Below are positions 30,801-40,322 of a stretch of 64,000 bases of DNA, piece after piece. The position numbers were made by a program, and so were the translations under genes. Each line of letters starts with the position of its first letter. The stretch's first letter is position 1. Below the pieces are notes generated by a model that saw only the letters and a list, made by a program, of their open reading frames with translations, did not search any database and was not told the DNA's origin. Source of the stretch: a bacterium (GTDB taxonomy: Bacteria > Bacteroidota > Ignavibacteria > UBA10030); NCBI GenBank assembly GCA_043803945.1, contig JAZDJN010000040.1:1-64000 (forward strand), written 5' to 3'.

Positions 30801-30935
30801 GCTCATCACGGCCGGTCCGATATGGCGCGCTTCAATGGCGCCGAAGGTACGGTAATCGATGCGGGCTTGAGTGTAAATTGAAAAGAGAGGTGAGAGGAAA
30901 AGGAAAATAAGCAATCGACAGCGGTGCGGATTCAT
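27843..30935 (-). CDS. BNR/Asp-box (VPS10-like) beta-propeller protein, putative glycosyl hydrolase
   Basis: IGPAVMSGRI start, many S/TxDxGxTW boxes, GGLQDNG and ATHGRG motifs. Confidence 0.9.
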   Translation of the reverse strand: MNPHRCRLLIFLFLSPLFSIYTQARIDYRTFGAIEARHIGPAVMSGRIAAIDVLNSDPRIIYVGAAAGGVWKSSNAGTTFEPIFDKHNQCIGGIAIDQNHPDTVWVGTGEPWVRNSVSAGDGIYKTRDGGKTWTNIGLPNSERINKIVINPRCSDSVYVAVLGKLWSDSKERGVYLTPDGGKSWKLILEVNERTGCADLVMDPKNPSTLYAAMWEFRRQPWSFSSGGPGSGFYKSVDAGKTWKKLTAGLPEGDLGRIAIAVAPSSPNILYATVEAKKSGIYRSMDYGETWSLRSTSGTVTYRPFYFSLLAVDPQESKRIFKPGLQLGISADSGKSWIAAAGMHSDLHALWIDPREPRHVIIGTDGGVYESFDRGSTWKHFLNLPASQFYHVAYDMQTPYNVYGGLQDNGSWVGPSIGIGGVRNRDWRNVGGGDGFNVFPDSKDPDIVYWQYQGGNMMRKHRSTGQTKEIKPYPLESDPKYRWNWNTPITFGAKSGALYLGCQFLFRSSDHGESWKKISGDLTTNDTSKLQQEKSGGLTIDNTSAENHCTIYTICESPLDAKVVWAGTDDGNLQVTKDAGKTWMNAVKNIPSLPPTTWCMKVEASAHKAGTAYAVFSGHQTGDMKSYVYKTTDYGVNWISMATSDVKGFARSIKEDPVNPQLLFLGTEFGLFLSIDGGKQWAQFTGNFPNTPVFDIEIHPREHDLILATHGRGILIVDDISPLRAMKTEILDNDVYVFPTRPITIKVPVSEQQYPGNQEFVGPNPSEAAKITYYLKERHTFGSLNVKVFGPDGKLITTLMGGKRQGINRVNWPMRMKPPRVAASPVLAGRILFGPMVQEGTYIFHVEKENQKGEVATYKGSITLIPDPREPYTKQERALQYSTVMKLYGMQGDLAYIGDAVADLQRQAEDRLKKIDSTSVVGLTMKKFVQNLDSLHQTIVARTGTLMASEERLREQVVDLYGAVSGYGGRPTQSQIDRMGVLEKRILKKKEDVDTVIKTSLGNVNTELEKSKAKPLKLMTREEFDKKESRD

Positions 30936-31047
30936 AGTTCGTCCTTACAGGGTATGGTGGATGGTTCAGATATGAATGGATACTGCACCGAAACAGCGGA
31001 AGGGCAGATCGGGAAATCCAGATGCTGCCCTTCATGAGGCTACCTTG

Positions 31048-31782
31048 TTATTTCTTCTCTCCGGGTTTTGTGAAGAGAGAATCGGGAATTTCGACGTTGA
31101 CGAGAACCGTATCGATACTGATTTGAGATTGAATCTGGCCCATGGCGCGCTGTTCCACAGAGAATGCCATCATGACCCCATTGACCGGTTTATAATTTCC
31201 AAAGATCGATTCCACTTCGAGCTCCTGACCCTGACGAGAAACCTTCGCTTTGACCTTCATCTCGAGGTTGGTCTTTGCATCGATGTAGTAGTCACGAATT
31301 TTTCCCTTTTTCGTGGTCACCTTAACATGATAGGCCTCGGTTCCCTCGACATCTTCCTTGCCAATGAGGTCGAGTGTATATCCCTTCTCCTTCCAGTCGA
31401 CCAGATGGCCGTCCATGTCAGCCTGATCTTCAAATCCCTCTGCCATCTCCTCGGGCGCATCCTGAGGTTCGGTCGATCCAGTCATCGGCATTACCATCCA
31501 TGCTTTTTGACCGTCGTAAGCCTGGACAATTGTCATGCCCTGGAAATCGGATTCGATTCGCAGCTTATTTCCGCGTTTTTGTTTCAAAGAAATCGGGAGT
31601 TCCATACCCATAACACTGACTTTGCCTTTCGACTCAGCAGAGAGAATCGATTTTATTTTTTCCAGCCCGCCCTTTGCGGCATAATTTTTTTCAAGCACTT
31701 CATCCAATGTCTGTGCAACAGCCATTGAGACAAGTGCAGCAAGAACACAAAGAATAGTAAGAGAACGCAAAAGACTCTTCAT
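31048..31782 (-). CDS. Outer-membrane lipoprotein-sorting (LolA-like) protein
   Basis: Signal peptide; AQTLDEVL..A.GG and QAYDGQKAW motifs. Confidence 0.75.
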   Translation of the reverse strand: MKSLLRSLTILCVLAALVSMAVAQTLDEVLEKNYAAKGGLEKIKSILSAESKGKVSVMGMELPISLKQKRGNKLRIESDFQGMTIVQAYDGQKAWMVMPMTGSTEPQDAPEEMAEGFEDQADMDGHLVDWKEKGYTLDLIGKEDVEGTEAYHVKVTTKKGKIRDYYIDAKTNLEMKVKAKVSRQGQELEVESIFGNYKPVNGVMMAFSVEQRAMGQIQSQISIDTVLVNVEIPDSLFTKPGEKK

Positions 31783-31864
31783 GAGAGCCCCTCCTGAAAT
31801 GTGATTGTTGGTAAGTTATTATTTGAATTGGTTCAAAACTATGAATTAATCCAACATAATCCAA

Positions 31865-33859
31865 CTACGGTTTATTCTGTGAGATGTTGCCGGAATTATT
31901 TTTAAGCTGATCCATTTCTTCCGTCAATTCACTCCATTTTTGATAGAATTCATCGAGATTTCTAAGTATTTGTTTATGATCTGCAGAAATCTTTTTTACT
32001 TCCTCGCCGCGTTTATAAAGTCCGGGTGAAGCGAGCATGGTTTCGAACCCTGCCTTTTCCTTCTCCAACCTTTCAATTTCGCGTTCAACCGACTCAAGGC
32101 GATTGCGAACCGGTTTAAGTATTTGGTAGAGTTTCTGCCGCTGCTCCGCCTCAATCCGCTTTCGCTCTTTTTCGACCACAGGTGACGCAGATTTCTCTGA
32201 TGACAAGAATGAAGCACGTCTGGCTGTTGTTGACTCTTGCTGAAACGAGTCGCGTTCCATTTTTTTCTTGTAGAGATAGTCGCTCATTGAACCAAGATAG
32301 GTGCGCATACCCCCGATATGCAATTCCCATACTTTATTCACGACCGATTCAAGGAATGACCGGTCATGCGAGACGATACAATAAGTCCCCTCAAACCGCT
32401 GGAGCGCCTCCTGCAAAACCTTCTTTGATTTCATATCGAGATGGTTCGTCGGTTCATCCATAACAAGAAAGTTTGCCGGCTTGAGCAGCATGCGTGCCAG
32501 TGCCAGCCGGCTTTTCTCTCCACCTGACAGCACCGAGACCTTCTTGAACACATCATCGCCATGGAAAAGGAATGAGCCAAGGATGGTCCGGAGTTTTTTT
32601 CGTATCTCTCCTTCTGCAACTTCATCGATGATTTGCAGCGCCTCCTTTTCGAGATCGAGATCTTCTGCCTGATCCTGGGCGAAGTACGAAGGAGTAACAT
32701 TGTGCCCGATGGTGCGTTCACCGCTATCGGAGAGTTCCACCCCCGCCAGCATACGGGCGAGAGTCGATTTTCCAGCGCCGTTTACACCGACAACTGCAAT
32801 ACGATCGCCTCGCTCAATTTTACAGTCGAATCCTTCAAAAACACTTGTCGTACCATACGATTTACTAATTCCTATCAATTCCATGACAGTACGGCCGCTC
32901 GAAGGCGGCGGAGGAAATTCAAAGTGGATCTCATCTTCGTCGGTTTCGACTTCGATGCGTTCTATCTTTTCCAACTGCTTAACCCGGCTTTGGACCTGAC
33001 GCGCCTTCGTTGCCTTGTAGCGGAACCGGTCGATGAACTCCTGGGTCTGTTTTATCTGTTGCTGCTGATTCTTCTGAGCATTGAGCAACAACTCCCGGCG
33101 TGCAACGCGTTCTTTCTCAAAGAATGAATAGTTACCGGCATACTCCTCCATCCTCCCCATGCCAAGGGCAAATGTCCGTTTAGAGAGTGTATCGAGAAAT
33201 GCCCGGTCGTGCGAGACGAGAATAATGGCACCGTTGTAATTGATAAGGTACTCTTCGAGCCATTGCAGCGACTCGAGGTCGAGATGGTTTGTAGGCTCGT
33301 CGAGGAGCAATATGGAAGGTTCCTGTAAAAGCAATTTGGCAAGTGCAATACGCATCTGCCATCCGCCGCTGAACTCATCCGTCTGGCGCTCAAGATCTTT
33401 TACAGCAAAACCGAGCCCCATCAGCACACGCTCGACTTTCGATTTCATACGGAAAGCATCGAGGTCCTCAAGCTTATGCTGTAACTCGCCGAAGACTTCC
33501 AGGGTGTCATGATATTCTGCCGATTGAGGATCAAATTGCGTGAGATTGTGCTGAGCCTCTTCGAGTTCCTGCTGAACCAGTATGATATCCTCAAAGGCAG
33601 ACTCGGCTTCTTTATAGAGTGTTTTACCGGAAGAGAGCACGCCATCCTGCGGCAGGTATCCAACGGTGACATACTTTGCTTTTGCAATGGTGCCGGAATC
33701 GGGCTGGAGGATTCCGGTGATCACTTTAAGAAGCGTTGTTTTGCCGGTTCCGTTTGAGCCTACCAATCCCACTCTATCATGCGGACTGATAACGCAGGAG
33801 AGGTCCTCAAACAGGACTCTGCCACCGAATTGAATGGCGATATGTTGTAAGGAAAGCAT
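31865..33859 (-). CDS. ABC-F family ATPase
   Basis: Two nucleotide-binding domains (GSNGTGKT, FSGGW, DEPTNHLD; GVNGAGKS, LSGGE), no TM segments, C-terminal coiled coil. Confidence 0.95.
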   Translation of the reverse strand: MLSLQHIAIQFGGRVLFEDLSCVISPHDRVGLVGSNGTGKTTLLKVITGILQPDSGTIAKAKYVTVGYLPQDGVLSSGKTLYKEAESAFEDIILVQQELEEAQHNLTQFDPQSAEYHDTLEVFGELQHKLEDLDAFRMKSKVERVLMGLGFAVKDLERQTDEFSGGWQMRIALAKLLLQEPSILLLDEPTNHLDLESLQWLEEYLINYNGAIILVSHDRAFLDTLSKRTFALGMGRMEEYAGNYSFFEKERVARRELLLNAQKNQQQQIKQTQEFIDRFRYKATKARQVQSRVKQLEKIERIEVETDEDEIHFEFPPPPSSGRTVMELIGISKSYGTTSVFEGFDCKIERGDRIAVVGVNGAGKSTLARMLAGVELSDSGERTIGHNVTPSYFAQDQAEDLDLEKEALQIIDEVAEGEIRKKLRTILGSFLFHGDDVFKKVSVLSGGEKSRLALARMLLKPANFLVMDEPTNHLDMKSKKVLQEALQRFEGTYCIVSHDRSFLESVVNKVWELHIGGMRTYLGSMSDYLYKKKMERDSFQQESTTARRASFLSSEKSASPVVEKERKRIEAEQRQKLYQILKPVRNRLESVEREIERLEKEKAGFETMLASPGLYKRGEEVKKISADHKQILRNLDEFYQKWSELTEEMDQLKNNSGNISQNKP

Positions 33860-33878
33860 GGTTTCATTCTTCAGTTGA

Positions 33879-34120
33879 CGGTATACGGTACACTGTACAC
33901 GGTTAACAGTATACAGTTCACAGTAAACAGTGGACAGAAAATAAACAGAAATGAGGTGAGATGATAGATGCGGAGAATGAGGGAATGAGAGATTGACGAA
34001 TTTCGATTGCCGATTTGCGAATTGGAAATGCGAAGTTTTAAATGCGGAATAGCAGATTTATTATTTGTTGTTTGAAATTTGTGATTTGAAATTTGGGATT
34101 TGAGATTTGTAATTTATTGA
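33879..34120. repeat. Patchwork of 7-8 bp microrepeats
   Basis: ACAGTNN x4, GAGAATGA, GATTNCG and ATTTGNN runs. Part of it recurs almost identically at about 35940-36022. Confidence 0.8.
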
Positions 34121-34161
34121 ATTATCCGATAGCTTTACTTCAAAAAATAAAAGAATTGCTT

Positions 34162-35757
34162 ATGAAACAGACAATCGATTTTGTACTTCTTCTGACATTT
34201 TTGGTTTCCGGTTTCGGATGCAGCGATAGCAGCAAGAAATATCCTGTTCCGCCGGCAGATGCTAAAGCGGGTAATTTTATCAGCGAAGCCAAATCGTATA
34301 AGATGGGGTCTAAACAGTATGAGGCCGATTATGGAACGATCACGGTGCCTGAGAACAGAGGCATATCAATATCCCGTTTAATCAATATACCTTTTCTTCG
34401 AATTAACTCTCCGTCAAAAAATCCGCGAGAACCGATTTTCTGCTTTTCCGGCGGACCTGGTCAGAGTAATATGTCTTGGGATTGGGAAAGCATGTGGTAT
34501 TTGCTGCCTGAACACGACCTGGTAGCTGTTGGATACAGAGGTGTGGATGGTTCAACTGTACTCGATTGCCCGGAAGTAGCAAAAGCGTTCAAGGGAGATG
34601 GCGATCTGTTGGGTGAAGAATCCATGAAGACAATCGGACGGGCATGGAGTGCAAGTGCTAAGCGCTTGACTGCGCAGGGTATCGATCTCAATGGATACAC
34701 CATGCTCGAGGTCATCGAAGATAACGAATCGGTCCGCAAAGTATTAGGGTATGAGCGTATTAATCTCATAAGCGGGAGCTACGGAACTCGTGTTGCATAT
34801 CTTTACGGCCTCAAGTATCCGAACAGTATATACAGATCTGTGATGATCAGCGTTAATCCTCCCGGACGTTTTGTGTGGGAACCTCAAATGATTGATACGC
34901 AATTGAAGCACTATGCAGCTCTTTGGTCCAGGGATTCCATTTTGTCCTTTAGGAGTCCAGACTTGTATACAGCTATGCGGACAGTTTTAAACGCCATGCC
35001 GCGCACGTGGCTCGCTTTTTCCATCAATCCCGAAAAAGTAAAGGTAGTGACATTTGCGCTTCTCTTTCATCGCAATACTGCGGCAATGGTTTTCGATGCC
35101 TATGTTGCTGCAGCACAGGGAGATCCCAGCGGACTTGCACTGATGTCGCTTGCGTATGATTATATTGTACCATCATTGATGACATGGGGCGATCTTGCTT
35201 CGAAAGCCGTGAGTGCAGATTTCGATTCTGCACGTAACTATTGCGCTGATATTGATCCTTCCGATATGCCCCTCGGTTCGCCAATGAGCAAGCTGCTGTG
35301 GGGTCCATTAAACTATGGCTGTTGGCCGATGGAGCAACTGCCGGAAGAATTCCGGAAGCCTCAACAATCTTATGTGGAAACGCTGCTCATGAGCGGAAGC
35401 GTAGATTTTTCCACACCTGCAGAATTTGCAACGAAAGAATTGCTGCCGTACTTGAAATATGGAAAACAGGTCATTCTCTCTGAATGCGGCCATGTGAACG
35501 ATGTATTGTATGTGAATCCGGAAAACACCAGGCGAATCTTAACGAGTTATTATGATACCGGTACACCAAATACGTCAATGAACGTATATATCCCAATGGA
35601 TTTTAGCGTGAGATGGGGCTTTCCAGTTATAGCAAAAACAGCTCTCGGTGTTCTTGCTTTCATCGGAATTGGCTTAGTAGCAGTATTAGTATGGCTCATA
35701 AGAAGGCATGGTAAATGGAAAGCCTCTAAGATGATCGGCACCTCAGAGAACATGTAA
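34162..35757 (+). CDS. Alpha/beta hydrolase (TAP-like peptidase), lipoprotein with C-terminal TM helix
   Basis: TITVPENR, GGPG, SGSYGT nucleophile elbow, D..TP and GH motifs. Confidence 0.88.
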   Translation: MKQTIDFVLLLTFLVSGFGCSDSSKKYPVPPADAKAGNFISEAKSYKMGSKQYEADYGTITVPENRGISISRLINIPFLRINSPSKNPREPIFCFSGGPGQSNMSWDWESMWYLLPEHDLVAVGYRGVDGSTVLDCPEVAKAFKGDGDLLGEESMKTIGRAWSASAKRLTAQGIDLNGYTMLEVIEDNESVRKVLGYERINLISGSYGTRVAYLYGLKYPNSIYRSVMISVNPPGRFVWEPQMIDTQLKHYAALWSRDSILSFRSPDLYTAMRTVLNAMPRTWLAFSINPEKVKVVTFALLFHRNTAAMVFDAYVAAAQGDPSGLALMSLAYDYIVPSLMTWGDLASKAVSADFDSARNYCADIDPSDMPLGSPMSKLLWGPLNYGCWPMEQLPEEFRKPQQSYVETLLMSGSVDFSTPAEFATKELLPYLKYGKQVILSECGHVNDVLYVNPENTRRILTSYYDTGTPNTSMNVYIPMDFSVRWGFPVIAKTALGVLAFIGIGLVAVLVWLIRRHGKWKASKMIGTSENM

Positions 35758-35778
35758 CATGGAAAGCAGCAGTACTCC

Positions 35779-35820
35779 AATTCTGGGAGGTCGGTAGACT
35801 CGCCTATGGCGAGGAGTCCA
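35779..35820. repeat. REP-like element with nested CTCGCC-N3-GGCGAG palindrome
   Basis: AATTCTGGGAGGTCGGTAGACTCGCC is shared with 55863. Confidence 0.75.
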
Positions 35821-35874
35821 GATGAGGAAATTGAGAAGTTAAACGTGAGATGGAAGAAGCGGAGGGTGAGAGGG

Positions 35875-36025
35875 AGACCTGGAGAGTGGGAGATGGGGAG
35901 AATGTGGAGAATGAGAGAATGGGAGAATGAGGGAATGAAAGAATGGGAGAATGAGTGAATGAGAGATTGACGAATTTCGATTGCCGATTTGCGAATTGGA
36001 AATGGGGAATTTTGAATGCGGAAAG
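35875..36025. repeat. 8-bp GAGAATGG array followed by heptamer repeats
   Basis: Multiple (G/A)GAATG(G/A) units; near-duplicate of about 33972-34049. Confidence 0.8.
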
Positions 36026-36080
36026 GTGGATGTAGTATCGACTAATCAGAATGTTCTACACCCATTTTCCCCTTTCCTTT

Positions 36081-36200
36081 AATCTGTCATTTTAGTATTT
36101 GAAATTTGGTATTTGATTTTTCCCCAGGTTTCCTCAAGTCCCTCGGTGCTTGACAATCATTTCGATTTCAACTAACATTTATCGGCATCGTGAAGAGGAA
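36081..36200 (+). promoter_or_regulatory. Repeated sigma70 promoter module, copy 1
   Basis: TTGACA 36150, 17-bp spacer, TAACAT 36173. Homologous to the copies at 40047 and 41437. Confidence 0.8.
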
Positions 36201-36343
36201 TTATGATCAAGCTATGAATAAGAAACGCAAACAGTCAATGGATGCCGCCGAACCGCTCCTCCGGGCAGAACTAAAACTTCACAAGGGCAAATAGATTATT
36301 TTTCGCCAGCGCGTATAATTACAGTTTACCCAAGGATAATTTA

Positions 36344-39300
36344 ATGAACTCTCAAGTCAATACACGCTTTAACTGGTGGATCAACGCATGTCCGCGTATC
36401 GCTGGAGGAGCAGCTATCATCACAGGATTATTGGTGATCGTTGGTTGGATATTTGATATTCCAATCTTGACGAGCGTTCATCCCGATCTGCTCGCAATGA
36501 AGGCAAACACAGCGTTCGCCTTCATACTTGCTGGAATGTCGTTGCTGCTTCACTCCGTTCAGAGAGAGGATAAGCAGAGAATGACAGCTCGGCTTTTGGC
36601 TTGCCTTGTCGGTCTGATCGGAATGCTGAACGTATTGCAGTATGCGTTTGCCTGGGACTCCGGCATCGACCAACTGATCTTCAAAGAAACAATCATGTCG
36701 CCCGGTACTCTCTACCCGGGGCGAATGTCTTTCAATACCGCTATTGGTTTCAGCTTGCTTGGGCTAGCGCTCCTGATAATCAATAGGAAAATCCGAAGGG
36801 GCAATTTGTCAGCTCAAATTCTTGCTCTCCTCGCCGGTTTGGTTGGATTACTCGCCCTCCTCGCTTATATCTTTGGTTTGTCAGAATTCTCCGGTTATGC
36901 GGCCTACACACGAATGGCACTCCATACGGCGACCTCATTTATTCTCCTGACTGTTGGAGTACTCTGTCTGCAGCGTGACGTAGGCATCATAAGTGTGTTA
37001 GCCGACGATGGCTCTGGAGGTTTCATGGCACGCCGTCTGATGCTGGCTGCTGTTGCTGCACCCCTCGTAATGGGGTGGCTTGTTGCTAAGGGTGAGAACT
37101 GGGGATGGTATGACTTTCCGTTCACCGATTTGATCAGCGTGGCTTTCAATATGACCGTTCTTGTGCTTCTGGTTTGGATAGTCGGCCAATCACTCAACAA
37201 GGTCGATCGTGAGCGAAAGCTGGCTGAACAAACGAGCAAGCACGCGGAAGAGATGCTGCAGGAATCAGAACTCAAGTTTCGCACGTTGTTCGATAACATC
37301 CTCGATGGCATTCTGATAGCCGACATGGAGACTCGACGATTCTACCTGGGCAACAAAGCCATCTGTCAAATGATCGGATACACTCAGGATGAAATTTACC
37401 ACGTCGGCGTTAATGATATTCATCCGCCAGAACACTTACCGTATGTTCTCGAGCAGTTCAACCGGCAAGCACGCAGGGAAATTTCTCTGGCCGAAGACAT
37501 TCCCATCAAGCGCAAGGATGGTTCGGTATTCTATGCCGACATCAAATCGACTCCGGTTACGCTGAGTGGGCGTATCTTCATAATAGGTGTGTTCCGTGAC
37601 ATCACCGAGCGCAAGCTCGCCGAACAGGCACGGCGTGAAAGTGAAGCGCAGTACAGGCTTATAGTCGAACATGCTACAGACCTGATTTACACACTCGATA
37701 ACCGGGGAAATGTAATTTTTGTCAATTCTGCGATATCGCGTTTGTTAGGATATTCGCCTGACGAGATCGTTGGTCGACGCTATCTGGATTTCGTACGCCC
37801 TGACTTTCAGAAGCGAGCTGAGCGTAATTTCTTTACGCAGTGGCTGAGGAAAACGCCCTTCGTATATTTTGAGGCGCCAGTGCTGATGAAAGACGGTCGC
37901 GAGGTGTGGCTGGGTCAGAATGTAGTGTTGATATTCAAGAACGATGACCCTGTGGGATTTAGTGCGGTGTCGCGGGATATCACTGAGAACAAAAAAGTTA
38001 TAGAGATCCTGGCGGAGAGAGAGAGAACATCTAAATTGAACGCGGACATAGCCGCGCTGTGGAACCAGAATGAAACTCTGAATACTGTCTTGAAAAAATG
38101 TGCTGAAGCGATGGTCCTGCATCTGGATGCGGCCTTCGCACGCATCTGGACGCTGAACCGGGAAGAGAACGTTCTGGAACTGCAGGCCAGCGCAGGCCTG
38201 TACACCCATCTCAATGGACCTCACAGACGGGTGCCCGTCGGCAGCAAGTCCCAGGTTGGGCTGATTGCAGAGGAACGCAAACCTCGCGTGATCAATAGTG
38301 TCATCGGAGATCCTCTCATTGGGGATCAGGAATGGGCCGTGCGGGAAGGGATGGTGTCATTCGCTGGGTATCCCCTGATTGTGGAAGGCCAGGTCCTGGG
38401 GGTTATTGCGATGTTTTTTCGCCGACCACTTAGTGAACTAATTCTCAACACTTTGGAGTTGGTGGTAGAGAAAATCGCAATCGGCATCGAGCGCAAACGA
38501 GCGGAAGAGTCGCTGAAGCAATCTGTCTCGCTCCTCCAGGCGACGCTAGAATCCACAACAGACGGAATTCTCGTCGTTGACAGATCCGGAAAAATTACAA
38601 GCTACAACACACAGTTTAGCGAGATGTGGAAGGTCCCTGACGAGGTTGTTGCGAGTAGAGATGACGATCGGGCATTGAATTGTGTTCTGGAGCAGTTGAA
38701 GAATCCTGAAGCCTTCATCTCGAAAGTGAGAGAGCTTTATGCCCAGCCCGATGCAAGCAGTTACGATGTGCTGGATTTCAAGGATGGAAGAATATTTGAG
38801 CGCTACTCCCGACCACAACGAGTCGATGGAAAACCGGTCGGTCGGGTCTGGAGTTTTCGGAACGTTACGGAGCGCGAACGGATGGAGATGGTGCTCATTG
38901 CATCGGAGCTGGAGTTGCGACGTGTGTGGGAAGGCTCCTTCGATGGGATGCGCGTGGTAGATGGAGAGGGCACTATTCTTATGGTCAATGAGGCCTATTG
39001 CGCTATGACCGGGAAAGGCCGGGAAGAGCTAGTAGGAAAACCAATTTCGATTATCACTGTCGAGTCGCAGCAGCAGCATATATTGGAAAGACACAAACAG
39101 AGATTTTCTTCTGGTACAATCGAGCCACGCGCTGAGAAGCAACTGGAGCTATGGGATGGAAGAAAGATCTGGTTTGAGGTGAGTAACTCTCCCATCGAGA
39201 TTGAAGGGCAGCCGAAAAGGATCCTGAGTATCTTCCGCGATGTCACCGTGCGCAAGCAGGCGGAAATAGCGCTTGGGGAAGCCATAACGGAACGCGAGAA

Positions 39301-39529
39301 ATTGATTCAAGAACTTCAATCTGCCCTGGACAATATCAGGACTCTGCAAGGACTTCTTCCGATATGTTCCACTTGCAAGAAGATAAGGGATGATCAAGGA
39401 TTCTGGAACCAGGTTGAAGGGTACATCAGCAAACACACAGAGGTAACATTTACGCATGGAATTTGTCCGGAATGTGCAAAGAAACTCTACGGAGATCTTT
39501 ATGAGAAAGCGAGTAAGGATTCTTCATAA
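36344..39529 (+). CDS. Membrane multi-PAS/GAF sensor with C-terminal Cys/His domain and no kinase domain
   Basis: About 8 TM helices, four PAS/PAC units (RDITE, RDITE, RNVTE, RDVT), one GAF, tail LLPICSTCKKIRD..W..HGICPEC. Confidence 0.9.
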   Translation: MNSQVNTRFNWWINACPRIAGGAAIITGLLVIVGWIFDIPILTSVHPDLLAMKANTAFAFILAGMSLLLHSVQREDKQRMTARLLACLVGLIGMLNVLQYAFAWDSGIDQLIFKETIMSPGTLYPGRMSFNTAIGFSLLGLALLIINRKIRRGNLSAQILALLAGLVGLLALLAYIFGLSEFSGYAAYTRMALHTATSFILLTVGVLCLQRDVGIISVLADDGSGGFMARRLMLAAVAAPLVMGWLVAKGENWGWYDFPFTDLISVAFNMTVLVLLVWIVGQSLNKVDRERKLAEQTSKHAEEMLQESELKFRTLFDNILDGILIADMETRRFYLGNKAICQMIGYTQDEIYHVGVNDIHPPEHLPYVLEQFNRQARREISLAEDIPIKRKDGSVFYADIKSTPVTLSGRIFIIGVFRDITERKLAEQARRESEAQYRLIVEHATDLIYTLDNRGNVIFVNSAISRLLGYSPDEIVGRRYLDFVRPDFQKRAERNFFTQWLRKTPFVYFEAPVLMKDGREVWLGQNVVLIFKNDDPVGFSAVSRDITENKKVIEILAERERTSKLNADIAALWNQNETLNTVLKKCAEAMVLHLDAAFARIWTLNREENVLELQASAGLYTHLNGPHRRVPVGSKSQVGLIAEERKPRVINSVIGDPLIGDQEWAVREGMVSFAGYPLIVEGQVLGVIAMFFRRPLSELILNTLELVVEKIAIGIERKRAEESLKQSVSLLQATLESTTDGILVVDRSGKITSYNTQFSEMWKVPDEVVASRDDDRALNCVLEQLKNPEAFISKVRELYAQPDASSYDVLDFKDGRIFERYSRPQRVDGKPVGRVWSFRNVTERERMEMVLIASELELRRVWEGSFDGMRVVDGEGTILMVNEAYCAMTGKGREELVGKPISIITVESQQQHILERHKQRFSSGTIEPRAEKQLELWDGRKIWFEVSNSPIEIEGQPKRILSIFRDVTVRKQAEIALGEAITEREKLIQELQSALDNIRTLQGLLPICSTCKKIRDDQGFWNQVEGYISKHTEVTFTHGICPECAKKLYGDLYEKASKDSS

Positions 39530-39635
39530 GATGCCTTACTGCAGCAATGGAAGTTAGTAACTCTACGATTCGGTGGGACCGGAGTTGAAAACCATAATAG
39601 AAAGGCTTAGACACATTGATCCAAGGGTATGTTAT

Positions 39636-39862
39636 ATCGCGCCATAAGACGAGCCAATATGGCGCGATTCTATGTACCGAAACATCGTTGATGTGATTCG
39701 CGCCAACTTACGAGCCTAATTGGCGCGAACGATGGGTGCGACGTGTTGGGGCAAAAATGGCCTGTTATTGGAGAGTATGCAATTGATTGTTTATTTTGAG
39801 CGCGTACGTAAGCGAAGCATGACATCGGCCAACCTTTTTCGCCTAACACGCCACACCATCGA
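39636..39862 (+). repeat. attC debris and a gene-less cassette of about 100 bp
   Basis: CGCGCCA..TGGCGCG hairpins. GTTGGGGCAAAAATGGCC at 39745 mirrors GGCCAACCTTTTTCGCCTAAC ending at 39847. Confidence 0.55.
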
Positions 39863-39865
39863 CGT

Positions 39866-39896
39866 AATTCTGGGAGGGAGTTCCAGCTCCCGACCA
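39866..39896. repeat. REP-like element
   Basis: CTGGGAGGGAGTTCCAGCTCCCGACCA; near-identical copy at 41312. Confidence 0.8.
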
Positions 39897-39977
39897 TATA
39901 AGGAAGTGAGAAGTTAAACGTGAGATGAAACACCGGTCAGTGACCAATTCAACAGTTATACTCTCTTTCTCCATTGT

Positions 39978-40273
39978 AATCTGTCATTTTGGTATATGAT
40001 ATTTGCTGTTTGAATTTTCCTCTGTTTTCCAACAAGCCCCCGGTGCTTGACAATCATTTCGATTTCAGCTAACATTTACTTGCATCGTGTAGGAGAACTG
40101 TAGGGACTGAGTTGTATGATGCACACCGAGAGAAGGAACAAACTCCTTCGCAACCGAATGAAATCATAATAAATTTCCACGCAGTTCATTTATCATGCTG
40201 GACGGAAACAAAAAACGAAATTCGTTTTTGACGCTCTTTTGGCATGATAGACGCTATTCATCTATGCCGCTCG
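39978..40273 (+). promoter_or_regulatory. Repeated promoter plus structured leader, copy 2
   Basis: TTGACA 40047, 17-bp spacer, TAACAT 40070, followed by about 200 bp homologous to 41466-41658. Confidence 0.85.
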
Positions 40274-40322
40274 AATGTGCCATTGCTTTGCTCCAATACC
40301 AATATAATAATGAGGTCTTACA

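Noticed and set aside
33879-36025. Diversity-generating retroelement suggested by duplicated segments
   Set aside because: No reverse transcriptase in the window, the duplicates are non-coding, and differences are not adenine-specific.
40076-40180. Leader as a ykkC/guanidine-type or other known riboswitch
   Set aside because: Only superficial UAGGG and ACACC similarity; the other conserved elements are not evident.
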